DNA from: Vitiosangium sp. GDMCC 1.1324
Lineage (GTDB): Bacteria > Myxococcota > Myxococcia > Myxococcales > Myxococcaceae
Length of the DNA: 64,000 nucleotides
Direction: 5' to 3'
NCBI RefSeq assembly: GCF_003044305.1
Contig: NZ_PZOX01000005.1
Span: 515,493-579,492 of the forward strand
Shown: positions 30,578-40,598 of the stretch, one piece after another
Layout of the letters: each line of letters opens with the position of its first letter
Numbering within the stretch: the stretch's first letter is position 1
The notes under the pieces: generated by a model
What the model was told of the DNA's origin: nothing
The model's database searches: none
Seen by the model: the letters and a program-made list of their open reading frames with translations, nothing else
Program-made: the position numbers and the translations under genes

Positions 30578-31894
30578 TCACGGATGGGCGTCGGCCGTCT
30601 GCTCCGCCAGGGCCAGGCTGAACGAGAAGGTCGAGCCCTTCCCCTCCTCGCTCTCGAACCAGATACGGCCGCCGTGGCGCTGGAGGATCTGCTCGCTCAG
30701 GTGGAGACCGATCCCCATTCCGCCGCGGTCACTCCCGAGCCCGGCATGGGCGCGGTAGAAGCGCTCGAAGACCTGGCCCTGCCGCTCCCGGGGAATCCCC
30801 ATTCCCTGATCCCGGATCGACACTTCCGCCAAGGAGCCCCGGCTCCTCACCCAGACCTCGATGTCTCCGCCCCCGGGCGAGTATTTGATGGCGTTGTCGA
30901 CCAGGTTGGTCAGCACCTGCTCGATCCGGTCCCGGTCCGCGTCGACGAACACGGGACCCTCCCGGTGGAGCACGAGCCGGTGCCGGGATGAAACGCCCTC
31001 CATCCGATCGAGCACCTCGCTCACCAGCTCGCCCAGCTCGAAACGCTGGCGCCGCAGCTCCAACCGGCCCAGCTGGAGCCGGGAGACCTCGAGCAGTTCC
31101 TGCACCAGCTCGCTGAGCCGATCACTCTGGCGGCTGAGGATCTGAAAGGCCTTGCCCTCTCGAGGCTCGTGCCCGCCCGGCGTCCAGCGGTCCAGGAGCT
31201 GCGCATACCCCTTGATGGTGGTGATGGGCGTCCTCAGTTCGTGGGCGGCGATGGAGAGGAACTCGTCCCGCATCCGCTCCAGGCGCTTGAGCTCGGTCAC
31301 GTCGCGGACCATCACCACCGCCAGCATGGGCGATGGATCCGCCTCGGAGACGACCGGGGAGGCAGTCACATGGATGTAGTGCAGCTCTCCGTCCTGGCGC
31401 CGGAATTGGAACTCCTCCTCGAGCACCGTCTCACCCCTCAAAGCCCTCCGGCTGGGCGTCTCGTCCCTCGGCACCCGGCTCCCATCCGGACGGCGGATGT
31501 CGAACAGTTCGACCAGGTGCTGGACATCCTCCGGCACCCTGCCCCCCTCCAGCTTGAACAACGTCCGCATGGCCCTGTTCGCCTCCACGATCCGCCCCTG
31601 GGAGTCGATCAGATAGAGCGCGTCGGCCATGCACTCCAGACTCGCCCGGTGACGAGCCTCGGATCGACGCAGGGCCAGGGTGTCCCGCCGGATGAGGGCG
31701 TACAGCAGGCCCGAGGTGGCGGCGACGAACACCCAGCCCTTGAGGATCTCCACCAGGGTGAAGTGGCCCACGCCCCCCACCACCAACGCGGTGAGCATGT
31801 CCGAGAACGTGATCCACAGCACGGCGACCACGGCATAGACGACAACGGGCCGCCAGGGGGTACGGAGCCGCCCTGCTTTCGCCGCATGGGACAT
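30578..31894 (-). CDS. Sensor histidine kinase (TM + PAS + HisKA + HATPase)
   Basis: H-box SIAAHELRTP; N, G1 and G2 boxes present. Confidence 0.85.
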   Translation of the reverse strand: MSHAAKAGRLRTPWRPVVVYAVVAVLWITFSDMLTALVVGGVGHFTLVEILKGWVFVAATSGLLYALIRRDTLALRRSEARHRASLECMADALYLIDSQGRIVEANRAMRTLFKLEGGRVPEDVQHLVELFDIRRPDGSRVPRDETPSRRALRGETVLEEEFQFRRQDGELHYIHVTASPVVSEADPSPMLAVVMVRDVTELKRLERMRDEFLSIAAHELRTPITTIKGYAQLLDRWTPGGHEPREGKAFQILSRQSDRLSELVQELLEVSRLQLGRLELRRQRFELGELVSEVLDRMEGVSSRHRLVLHREGPVFVDADRDRIEQVLTNLVDNAIKYSPGGGDIEVWVRSRGSLAEVSIRDQGMGIPRERQGQVFERFYRAHAGLGSDRGGMGIGLHLSEQILQRHGGRIWFESEEGKGSTFSFSLALAEQTADAHP

Positions 31895-32030
31895 GACAAT
31901 CTCCAACCTAAACGAGAGGCCGGTGCGGGAGCAGACTGTGAGCCAGGACCGCCCGTAGGGGATACGAGCGGGCGGGAAGGTAGGGGGTGGACAGTGCACT
32001 GGAGCACAGGGCACCGGGCCCGGCGCCGCC

Positions 32031-33389
32031 CTACTCCGCCTCTCCCTCGTGCACCAGGCCGTACTTCTTCAGCTTGTCGTGCAGGGTGGCTCGGCCGATG
32101 TCCAGCAGCCGCGCCGCCTCGCTGCGGTTGCCGTGCGCCTCCTCCAGCGCGGCGACGACGAGCGCCCGCTCGTAGGCCTCCACCTTCTCCTTGAGGCCCG
32201 CTCGCGGCGCTCCCTCGCGGCGCTCCTGCTCCGGCCCTCCTGGCAGCAGCGACAGGTCCAATGTCCCGTCCGGGCTCATGGCCACCGCGCTCTCCAGGGC
32301 GTTCTCCAGCTCACGCACGTTGCCCGGCCACCTCCACGCCGTCAGCCGCGCCATCAACTCCGGCGTCACCTGCACCGCCGGCACGTGGAAGCGCTCGGCG
32401 AAGCGCGTGAGGAAGTGCTTCGCCAGCGCGGCGAGATCCTCCGGCCGCTCCCTCAGGGGCGGCACGTGCAGGTTCACCACCTTCAGCCGGTAGAAGAGAT
32501 CCTCTCGGAAGCGCCCTTCCTTCACCCGCTGCGCGAGGTCCCGGTGCGTGGCCGCCAGGATGCGCACGTCCACCGGCCAGGCCCGATCCTCCCCCACCGG
32601 CCGCACCTCGCCCTCCTGCAGCACGCGCAGCAGCTTCGCCTGGGTGGCCGGCTCCAGCTCGCCCACCTCGTCCAGCAGCAGCGTGCCGCCGTCCGCCTCG
32701 CGGAACAGGCCCTGCCGCGCACGCACCGCCCCGGTGAAGGCTCCCCGGGCGTGGCCGAACAACTCCGCATCCGCGAGCTCGGGGGTGAGGGCGGCGCAGT
32801 TGAAGCGCACGAAGGGCCGGTCCGCCCGGGGAGAGGCGCGCACCAGCGCCTCGGCGATGCGCTCCTTGCCCGTGCCGCTCTCGCCGGTGATGAGCACCGT
32901 CACGTCGCGCGGCCCCACCCGCTTCACCAGCAGCGCCAGCCGGCTCATCGCCTCCGAGACGAAGACGAGCGAGCGCAGCAGGTTCACCTCCCCCGCCAAC
33001 TGCTCGTTCTTCGCCTCCAGCGCGAGGGTGCCCAGCACCCGGCGCACCACCACCAGCACGTCGTCCACCTCGAAGGGCTTGCGGAAGTAGTCCAGCGCGC
33101 CGAGCTTCATCGCCTCCACCGCGTGCCTCTCGCTGCCGTGCGCGGTGATGAGGATGACGCGCGGAACGGGCGAGAGCGCACGCCCCCGGCGCAGCAGTTC
33201 TATTCCGTCCACCTTCGGCATCCGCAGGTCGCTGATGACCAGGTCCACCGGGGGCTCCGCGGCCAGCCGCCGCAGCGCGGCCTCTCCGTCCCCCACCTCC
33301 TCCACCTCGAGCCCGTCGTCCTCGAGCAGCCCACGCAGCGTGTAGCGCACGCCCGCGTCGTCGTCCGCCACCAGCACTCGCGCCTTCAT
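32031..33389 (-). CDS. Sigma54-dependent response regulator (NtrC family: REC-AAA+-Fis HTH)
   Basis: The DDD...K REC domain, Walker A GESGTGKE, the GAFTGA motif, and a C-terminal HTH. Confidence 0.9.
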   Translation of the reverse strand: MKARVLVADDDAGVRYTLRGLLEDDGLEVEEVGDGEAALRRLAAEPPVDLVISDLRMPKVDGIELLRRGRALSPVPRVILITAHGSERHAVEAMKLGALDYFRKPFEVDDVLVVVRRVLGTLALEAKNEQLAGEVNLLRSLVFVSEAMSRLALLVKRVGPRDVTVLITGESGTGKERIAEALVRASPRADRPFVRFNCAALTPELADAELFGHARGAFTGAVRARQGLFREADGGTLLLDEVGELEPATQAKLLRVLQEGEVRPVGEDRAWPVDVRILAATHRDLAQRVKEGRFREDLFYRLKVVNLHVPPLRERPEDLAALAKHFLTRFAERFHVPAVQVTPELMARLTAWRWPGNVRELENALESAVAMSPDGTLDLSLLPGGPEQERREGAPRAGLKEKVEAYERALVVAALEEAHGNRSEAARLLDIGRATLHDKLKKYGLVHEGEAE

Positions 33390-34768
33390 GCCACGGCCTC
33401 CGTCCTCGCCTGCTGAGGCACCAGCTCCGCGGGCAGCACCAGCTCGGCCACACAGCCGCCGCCCTCTCGCGGGTGGAGCTCCAGCTCGCCGCCGTGCTGC
33501 CGCGCCAGCGCCCGCGCCAGGGCCAGCCCCAGCCCGTTGCCCTGGGGCTTCGTGGTGACACCCGGCTCAAAGACGCGCTCGCGCACCTCGGGCGCGATCC
33601 CCGGCCCCCGGTCACGCACCTCCACCCGTCCGCCTCCCTCGGGCGTGGGCAGGACCACCAGTTCCACCTCGCTCCCGCGTGGCGCGGCCTCCAGCGCGTT
33701 CTGCACCAGGTTGATGAGCAGTTGCTTCACTTTGCGTGGATCGCACCGGACAGCCACCGGCCGCTCGGCGAAGAGGCGCAGGCCCATGCCCCGCTCGCTC
33801 GCCATGCCCTCATGCAGCTCCACCACCTGCCGGCACAACCCCTCCAGCGAGGTGCGCTGCTCGTTGAGCGGGAGCAGGGGCCGGGAGAAGTTGAGGAAAC
33901 CCTCCAGAATCTCCTGCATCCGGTCCACCTCGCGCCGCAGCACCGCCAGGCGCTCGGCCGGCTTGCCCTCCACGTCTCGCGCCACCATGGCGGCCAGGCC
34001 CTTCACACTGGCCAACGGGTTCTTCAGCTCGTGGGCAATCTCCCCGCTGAGCAGGGTGAGCGCGTTGAGGGCCTCGGTGTGGGTGCGCAGCGTCTCGTCG
34101 CGCGCGTCCAGCGCGTCCTTCGCCATGCCCTGGAAGACGCCCCGCAGGAGGGAGCCAACGCCGGCAGAGAACGCCACCAGCACGCTCAGCACCGTCACGT
34201 AGGACAGCAGCAGGGCGTTATTGTGCCCGGCCCGTGCACCGCCCCCGTAGAGCTGCGGCAGCAGGTCCGGCACCACTCCGGTGAAGGAGACCACGGCCAG
34301 CCCCCACAGCGTCGCCACATACAAGAGCGCGAGAACCCATGCACCTCGAGTGGTGGTGAAGAGGGTGATGAAGAAGCTCACGAGGAGCAGCACCGGCGTG
34401 AGCGGCCCCTCGAGCCCGCCCGTCACCAGGAGCAGGCACCCATGAATCGGGAGGCCGACGCCGATGGCGTAGGTGAACTGGAATTCCTGGCGCGGCGTGC
34501 GGCGCAGGTAGTGGTAAAGCTCGATGCCCTCGACCACCACGAAGAGTCCCAGCAGCCCCCCGAGCAGCCACTTGCGCCAGACCGCCGGCTCTTGCACGAG
34601 GAAATAGAGGAGGAGGAAGAGGGACGGCGGCGTCATGTAGATGCGGACGCGCCCCATGCGCATGAAGAGGCGGGCGAAGGCCTCGCGCGACACCTGATCG
34701 AGGCCGCTCAGTGGCGGGGAGGCGGGGGAGGGTTTCACGGCGTCTCCTCGGGGGACGGACTTCTTCAT
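33386..34768 (-). CDS. Sensor histidine kinase (polytopic membrane sensor + HisKA + HATPase)
   Basis: H-box EIAHELKNPL. The stop overlaps the response-regulator start (ATGA). The listed 1003-aa ORF is an upstream read-through artefact. Confidence 0.85.
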   Translation of the reverse strand: MKKSVPRGDAVKPSPASPPLSGLDQVSREAFARLFMRMGRVRIYMTPPSLFLLLYFLVQEPAVWRKWLLGGLLGLFVVVEGIELYHYLRRTPRQEFQFTYAIGVGLPIHGCLLLVTGGLEGPLTPVLLLVSFFITLFTTTRGAWVLALLYVATLWGLAVVSFTGVVPDLLPQLYGGGARAGHNNALLLSYVTVLSVLVAFSAGVGSLLRGVFQGMAKDALDARDETLRTHTEALNALTLLSGEIAHELKNPLASVKGLAAMVARDVEGKPAERLAVLRREVDRMQEILEGFLNFSRPLLPLNEQRTSLEGLCRQVVELHEGMASERGMGLRLFAERPVAVRCDPRKVKQLLINLVQNALEAAPRGSEVELVVLPTPEGGGRVEVRDRGPGIAPEVRERVFEPGVTTKPQGNGLGLALARALARQHGGELELHPREGGGCVAELVLPAELVPQQARTEAVA

Positions 34769-34943
34769 CCTACGTCCGAGCTGCAAGTCGGATGCACGCC
34801 CTTCGTGCCCCCTCGCCCGGATGGGCCCGCTCGCTCGTACGAGGGCGCTGTCCGGAAACCCGGCACCCCGCCCCCCAGGGGGTGACGGAGGTCCGGACAG
34901 CCAGTTCCCCCACCCCGTTCCATTCCCAGAGGGAGAGAGGCGT

Positions 34944-34959
34944 TGGCATGTGAGGTGCT
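34944..34959 (+). promoter_or_regulatory. Candidate sigma54 promoter (TGGCAT-N6-GTGCT; GG and GC correctly spaced)
   Basis: TGGCATGTGAGGTGCT lies about 58 bp upstream of the FtsX permease start, divergent from the sigma54 activator operon. Confidence 0.45.
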
Positions 34960-35017
34960 CATGGGGTGGCCCAGGTCGCCAGCGACGGTGCGCTGGCCAG
35001 CCCTCCTGGAGCACTCG

Positions 35018-36229
35018 ATGTGGCCCCTCTTCCGCATTGCCCTTCGCAACGTCGCCCGTAATCGCCGCCGGACCCTCATCACCCTCGCGGCCCTCCTGGT
35101 GGGCGTGGGGGCGGCCGTGCTCACCCGCGCCATGATGAACGGGCTGCAGCGGGCCATGGTGACGAACATCACCGCCAGCGCCACCGGAGCCTTGCAGGTG
35201 CACCGGGCGGGCTACCTCGACAACGTCCTCTCCACCCCGCTGACCATGGACTTCGCCATCGACGAGGCCTTCCTCGCACGGGTGCGCGCCGTCGAGGGCG
35301 TCAAGGCGGTGTCCCCGCGCATCCAGTTCGCCGGCTCCCTCAACGCCAACGACGAGAGCCTCTTCCTCGCCGCCACCGCCATGGACCCCACCGCCGAGAG
35401 CACGGTGTGCCCCAGCCGCGCGAGCACATTCGTGCCGGGCTCGCGCTTCGACTCCACCGACGGCGTCCTGCTCGGCGAGGCGGTGGCCAACGCACTCGGC
35501 ACACAACAGGGCAGCGAGGCGGTGTTCCTCGCTCCGGATCGCGACGGCACCCTCAACGGCGAGCTGGTGCACGTCACCGGCGCCACCCGCTCGGTGATGC
35601 CCGGCGAGCCGAAGGCGGCCGTGGTTCCGCTGGCGCTCGCCCAGCGTCTGCTGCGCATGGAGGGGCGCGCCACCGAGCTCGCCGTGGCGGTGCACCAGCT
35701 GGAGGAGGCCCCCCAGGTGGCCGCCCGCCTGCGTGAGGCGCTCGGCCCCGAGTACGAGGTCCACACCTGGGACGACATCTTCGTTCAGGTAAAGGAGAGC
35801 CAGGCGCGCAACGACGCCTCCATGGGCCTCATCGCCGCCGTCTTCCTGGTGCTGATGCTGCTCGGTGTGGCCAACACCATGTTGATGAGTGCGCTCGAGC
35901 GCACGCGCGAAATCGGCACCATGATGGCGGTGGGCCTCCGGCGCGGGAAGGTGATGGGCCTCTTCGTCGCGGAGGCGGTGGTCCTGGGGGCGCTGGGGAG
36001 CACGGTGGGCGCGCTGCTCGGCGCCGGCCTCAGCGCGTGGCTGAACCACCGCGGCATCATCTTCAACGCCCCCACGATCAGCGTCCCGTTCGACATCCGC
36101 CCCTACGTGGACGTGGGTTACCTGGTGCGCATCGTCCTGCTCGCCACTGCCGGCGCGGCCGTCTTCTCCCTCTATCCCGCCTGGCGCGCCAGCCGCCTGC
36201 GCCCCATTGAGGCGCTCGCCGGCCGCTGA
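35018..36229 (+). CDS. ABC transporter permease, FtsX/LolE/MacB-like
   Basis: N- and C-terminal TM segments with a large periplasmic loop; conserved ...LERTREIGTMMAVG... motif. Confidence 0.85.
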   Translation: MWPLFRIALRNVARNRRRTLITLAALLVGVGAAVLTRAMMNGLQRAMVTNITASATGALQVHRAGYLDNVLSTPLTMDFAIDEAFLARVRAVEGVKAVSPRIQFAGSLNANDESLFLAATAMDPTAESTVCPSRASTFVPGSRFDSTDGVLLGEAVANALGTQQGSEAVFLAPDRDGTLNGELVHVTGATRSVMPGEPKAAVVPLALAQRLLRMEGRATELAVAVHQLEEAPQVAARLREALGPEYEVHTWDDIFVQVKESQARNDASMGLIAAVFLVLMLLGVANTMLMSALERTREIGTMMAVGLRRGKVMGLFVAEAVVLGALGSTVGALLGAGLSAWLNHRGIIFNAPTISVPFDIRPYVDVGYLVRIVLLATAGAAVFSLYPAWRASRLRPIEALAGR

Positions 36230-36269
36230 CCCGCCCCTCCCCCTGGAAACCTGGAAACCTGGAGACCCC

Positions 36270-37487
36270 ATGACTCCGCTCCTGATGCTCGCCGTGCGCA
36301 ACGTGGCCCGCAGCAAGGCCCGAAGCGCCCTCACCACCGGCGCCGTCACCTTCGGCATCCTGATGACGCTGCTGATCGGCGCCTTCATCCACGGCACGCA
36401 GCGCTACCTCATCGACGAAACGGTGAAGTCCTCCGTGGGCGCCTTGCAGGTGCACCACAAGGGCTACTTCGAGCAGCGCGACCGCCAACCGCTCAAGCTG
36501 GACCTCGAGGAGGGGGGCGCCTTGGAAGACGCCATGCGCCGCGTCCCCGGCATGGCCGCCGTCACTCCGCGGCTCGTCTTCTCCGGCCTGGTGAGCAACG
36601 GCAGCTCCGCCACCATCTTCATGGCCCAGGGCATCGACCCGGAGCGCGAGAAGCAGGTGCTGCCGTGGGCCACCCAGCAGGTGCGCGGCACCCGCCTTTC
36701 CGCCGACACCCCCCGCAGCGCCCTGATGGGCAGCGAGCTGGCCACGGCCCTCGGCGCCGATCCGGGCGCCTCCCTCACCCTGCAGGCCACCACGAAGGGA
36801 GGCAAGGAGAACGTCCTGGACGTGGACGTGGCCGGCACGCTGTCGGGCAACCTGCTCGCCCAGAGCAAGCGCGTCCTCTACGTGCCCCTCCCCTTCGCGC
36901 AGGAGCTGCTGCGCATGCGGGGCCGGGCCACCGAGTACGTGGTGGCCGTGGAGGAGGGCGCGGACGTGGATCAGGTGGCCGTCGGCCTGCGCGCGGCGCT
37001 CGGTGCGGACTACGAGGTGCGCACCTGGCGCGAGCTGCAGCCCGCCGTGGGCGAGACCATCCGCATCCAGCGCACCATCCTGCTGGCCATCGGCGCGCTC
37101 TTCCTCATCATCGCCATCTTCGGCGTGGCCAACACGCTGCTGATGAGCGTGCTGGAGCGCACCCGCGAGATTGGAACCATGATGGCGGTGGGCGTGCGGC
37201 GCGGGAGGATTGCCCTCCTCTTCGTCCTGGAGGCCGTGATGCAGGCGCTGCTCGGCGCCGTGCTCGGCGTGGGGGGAGCCTACGGACTGGTGGCCCTCGC
37301 GGTGGCGAAGGGCGGGCTCACCCTGCCCATCGACAAGACGCAGACCTTCACGCTGATCCCCGAGGTGGCCGGCTACCAGGTGGCCATCGCGGTGGTGGCC
37401 ACCACCGTGGGCGCCATCCTCGCCGCCGTCTCGCCCGCCCTGCGCGCCGCGCGCCTGCGCCCCGTGGAGGCCCTGCGCGGAGCGTGA
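36270..37487 (+). CDS. ABC transporter permease, FtsX/LolE/MacB-like (second copy)
   Basis: Paralogous to the previous gene, with the same LERTREIGTMMAVG motif. Confidence 0.85.
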   Translation: MTPLLMLAVRNVARSKARSALTTGAVTFGILMTLLIGAFIHGTQRYLIDETVKSSVGALQVHHKGYFEQRDRQPLKLDLEEGGALEDAMRRVPGMAAVTPRLVFSGLVSNGSSATIFMAQGIDPEREKQVLPWATQQVRGTRLSADTPRSALMGSELATALGADPGASLTLQATTKGGKENVLDVDVAGTLSGNLLAQSKRVLYVPLPFAQELLRMRGRATEYVVAVEEGADVDQVAVGLRAALGADYEVRTWRELQPAVGETIRIQRTILLAIGALFLIIAIFGVANTLLMSVLERTREIGTMMAVGVRRGRIALLFVLEAVMQALLGAVLGVGGAYGLVALAVAKGGLTLPIDKTQTFTLIPEVAGYQVAIAVVATTVGAILAAVSPALRAARLRPVEALRGA

Positions 37488-37522
37488 CGTTTCCCCTCCC
37501 AGGTTTCCCGAGGAACAAGACC

Positions 37523-38251
37523 ATGAAGACACACCTGAAGCTGCTGTCCCTGCTCATCCTGCTGCCCCTGGCCGCCGGCGCGGCCACCCCGAGCGCGGAG
37601 GAGCTCCTCCAGAAGTACGACGCCATCATGGGGCCCACCGACTTCGAGGCCACCATGACGATGGTGGCCCACCGCGATGACGGCTCCACCCGCGCCTACA
37701 AGATGCGGATGCTGAAGGCCGGCGACGACAAGGCTCGCATCTGGTTCCAGGAGCCGGCCGCCGCGCGAGGGCAGGAGATCCTGCGCCAGGGCGACAACGC
37801 ATGGCTGTACATGCCCAACCTCAAGCGCGCGGTGCGCATGGCCAACCGCGACTCCTTCCAGGGCGGCGACTTCAACAACGCCGATGTCCTGCGCACCAAC
37901 TACGCCCGCGACTACTCCGCCCAGGTGGTGGAGGACCCGTCCATGCCGGAGGCGTACCTGCTCGAGCTCAAGGCGAAGACGGAGGACGCCGCCTATGACC
38001 GCATCAAGCTGTGGGTGGCGAAGAAGGACGTCATGCCCCTCAAGGGCGAGTTCTACACCGCGAGCGCCAAGCTGCTGCGCGCCGCCGAGTTCCTCGAAGT
38101 GAAGAGCTTCAACGGCGTCAGGCGCCCCTCGCGCGTGGTGATGAAGAACATGATCGCCATCAAGCGCTTCAGCGAGCTGGCCGTCGACGCCTTCGACGTG
38201 CGCGTGCAGCCCGCCGCCGGCCGCTTCGTCCTCGACGACCTGGGCCGCTGA
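37523..38251 (+). CDS. LolA-like outer-membrane lipoprotein-sorting / carrier protein
   Basis: Signal peptide MKTHLKLLSLLILLPLAAGAA, about 240 aa, and a LolA-fold family pattern. Confidence 0.7.
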   Translation: MKTHLKLLSLLILLPLAAGAATPSAEELLQKYDAIMGPTDFEATMTMVAHRDDGSTRAYKMRMLKAGDDKARIWFQEPAAARGQEILRQGDNAWLYMPNLKRAVRMANRDSFQGGDFNNADVLRTNYARDYSAQVVEDPSMPEAYLLELKAKTEDAAYDRIKLWVAKKDVMPLKGEFYTASAKLLRAAEFLEVKSFNGVRRPSRVVMKNMIAIKRFSELAVDAFDVRVQPAAGRFVLDDLGR

Positions 38252-38287
38252 TCCCTCTCCCCGCCCCCACTCTCCCGGAGTCCCACC

Positions 38288-39829
38288 ATGAACGCCCTGC
38301 TCACCCTGCTGCTGCTGGCCACCGTCCCCCAGGAGACGGCGGCCCCCGAGGCCGAGGCGCCCGATGCGCAGGAGGAGGCCGCTCCGGAGGCGGAGCCGGA
38401 GACGAAGCTGGAGGCCACCACCACGGGCTACCTGGACACGCGCTTCACCGGCTCACACGTATCCTCCGCGGGACTGGTGCCCACCACCGGAGTGCCCGCG
38501 CTGGCCAACCTCAGCGAGGGCAACATGCAGGTGAAGCTGCGCTACGGCCCGGGGCTGTCGGCCGGCGCGGACCTGTCCCTCTACTGGCAGTGGGCGGGCC
38601 TCTTCCGCGGCGTGGATACGCGGGGCGAGGAAGTGGTGCTGTCCGAGCAGGACGTTCCGCTCTACCGGCCCTCGGCCGTGGTGAGCGAGTTGTTCGCCGC
38701 CTGGGAGGCCGCGCCCCACCTGCACCTCACCCTGGGCAAGAAGCGCGTGGTGTGGGGCAGCGGTATGGCCTTCAACCCCACGGACCTGCTCAACCCACCC
38801 AAGGATCCCACCGACCCGGCCGGGCAGCGCGCGGGCGCGTGGCTGGCGCGAGTGGAGATGCCCTTCGAGCGCTTCACCGTGTCGCTGGTGGGCGCGGCAA
38901 AGGTGCTGCGCCAGTACGCGGGCCTGCCCACCTCGCTGCTCGTCTACCCGGACTACCCCACCTCCGAGGCGGTGCAGAACCCGGCGCTGGACGACCGCGA
39001 CAACGAGGCGCACTGGGCCGCGGCCGCGCGTCTCTACGCCCTGGTGGCGGACACGGACGTCACGCTCACCTACCACTTCACCCACCTCTACAACGATCCC
39101 TTCCGGGAGAAGAGCCGGGTGGGCCTGTCCCTCTCGCGCGTCTTCGGCGCCACCGAGGTGCACCTGGAGGCGCTGGCTCAGACGGGCTCCTCCCGGCTGT
39201 ATGCGGCCCCCGCGTGCACGACGAGCACCGAGGCGCTCCTCGGATGCACGGTGTCCGGCACGCCGCCTCTGGCACGCACGCACGTGGATGACCGCGGCGT
39301 GCGCGCCAAGGTGCTGGTGGGGGCGCGCTATCTCTTCGAGGACAACGCCATGCTGTCCGCCGAGTATTACTTCAACGGCGAGGGCTACAGCGCTCGCGAG
39401 TTCGCCGACTACGTGGGGCTGCTGGGCCAGGGACGGCAGTTGCTGGCGCAGCTCACGCCCGAGCAGGCCGAGGCGCTCACCGCCCGCCTCAGTCCCACGG
39501 GCGCCGCCGCGGACCCCGGCTCGCCGCAAAAGTTCACCTTCGAGCCGCTGCGCCGCCACTACCTCCTGCTGCAATACAGCAAGCCCCAGGTGGCGGATGA
39601 CTTTGTCCTCGGCGCCTCGGCGGTGGTGAACCTCGGAGACCTCTCCGGCCAGCTCATCCCGCAGGTGTCCTGGAGCGCGCGCGAGTGGCTCACCCTCTCC
39701 GCCTCCGCCTTCATCCCCCTGCCCGGCGTGAAGTCCCTCGCCGCCGAGGTGGCCGGCCAGCGCATCACCGAGGCCAGTCTCTCCGCCTCCGACTGGCGTG
39801 CCCTGCTGAGCGCCCGCCTCTTCTTCTGA
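38288..39829 (+). CDS. Secreted protein, probably outer-membrane beta-barrel (C-terminal ...SARLFF)
   Basis: A signal peptide, an acidic Glu/Ala-rich linker, and a C-terminal aromatic residue. Confidence 0.6.
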   Translation: MNALLTLLLLATVPQETAAPEAEAPDAQEEAAPEAEPETKLEATTTGYLDTRFTGSHVSSAGLVPTTGVPALANLSEGNMQVKLRYGPGLSAGADLSLYWQWAGLFRGVDTRGEEVVLSEQDVPLYRPSAVVSELFAAWEAAPHLHLTLGKKRVVWGSGMAFNPTDLLNPPKDPTDPAGQRAGAWLARVEMPFERFTVSLVGAAKVLRQYAGLPTSLLVYPDYPTSEAVQNPALDDRDNEAHWAAAARLYALVADTDVTLTYHFTHLYNDPFREKSRVGLSLSRVFGATEVHLEALAQTGSSRLYAAPACTTSTEALLGCTVSGTPPLARTHVDDRGVRAKVLVGARYLFEDNAMLSAEYYFNGEGYSAREFADYVGLLGQGRQLLAQLTPEQAEALTARLSPTGAAADPGSPQKFTFEPLRRHYLLLQYSKPQVADDFVLGASAVVNLGDLSGQLIPQVSWSAREWLTLSASAFIPLPGVKSLAAEVAGQRITEASLSASDWRALLSARLFF

Positions 39830-39854
39830 CCCGCATTCCCCCAAGGAGCCAACC

Positions 39855-40571
39855 ATGGCCCTCATTCAGCTGAAAAACATCCACAAGGCGTACGAGCTGG
39901 GCAAGACCACCGTCACCGCGCTGCGCGGTGTGGACCTCGAGGTGCAGAGCGGCGAGTTCACCGTCGTGATGGGCCCCTCCGGGTCCGGCAAGACGACGCT
40001 GCTCAACATCATCGGACTGCTCGACCGAGCCTCCTCCGGCTCGTACCGGCTGGAGGGCGAGGAGGTGGGGGACCGCGACTTCAACGACCTGGCCGAGCTG
40101 CGCAACCGGAAGATCGGCTTCATCTTCCAGTCCTTCAACCTCATCCCCGTGCTGAACGTGCTGGAGAACATCGAGTTCCCCTGCCTCATCGCCGGCGAGC
40201 CGAGGCGGACGCTGCGCGAGCGCACCGAGCGCGTGGCCGCGGACGTGGGGCTGTCGCAGTTCCTGCACCACCGCCCGGACGAGCTGTCCGGCGGCCAGCG
40301 GCAGCGCGTGGCCATCGCGCGGGCGCTCGTCACCCAGCCGCAGCTGGTGCTCGCCGACGAGCCCACCGCGAACCTGGACTCCGCCACCAGCGAGCAGATC
40401 CTGGACCTGATGGAGGAGCTCAACCGCACCCGGCGCGTCACCTTCCTCTTCTCCACGCACGACCCTCGGGTGATGCGCCGCGCCCGCCGGGTGGTGCGGA
40501 TCGCCGATGGAGTGCTGGTGGACGGCACCGCCGAGGGCCGGCACGAGGCGCGGTCACTGGAGCTGGCCTGA
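39855..40571 (+). CDS. ABC transporter ATP-binding protein (LolD/MacB-type)
   Basis: Walker A GPSGSGKTT, signature LSGGQRQRVAIARAL, and Walker B LVLADEPT. Confidence 0.9.
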   Translation: MALIQLKNIHKAYELGKTTVTALRGVDLEVQSGEFTVVMGPSGSGKTTLLNIIGLLDRASSGSYRLEGEEVGDRDFNDLAELRNRKIGFIFQSFNLIPVLNVLENIEFPCLIAGEPRRTLRERTERVAADVGLSQFLHHRPDELSGGQRQRVAIARALVTQPQLVLADEPTANLDSATSEQILDLMEELNRTRRVTFLFSTHDPRVMRRARRVVRIADGVLVDGTAEGRHEARSLELA

Positions 40572-40598
40572 CCCCGCCTGAACCGGTCGTGGCGCCCC

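Noticed and set aside
33386-36397. 1003-aa minus-strand ORF
   Set aside because: Only the C-terminal approx. 460 aa (from MKKSVPRGD at 34768) are a histidine kinase. The remainder is antisense to the FtsX permease gene.
36665-38251. 528-aa plus-strand ORF
   Set aside because: Arg/Gly/Pro-rich read-through in an alternative frame of the second FtsX gene. The real gene is the LolA-like ORF starting at 37523.
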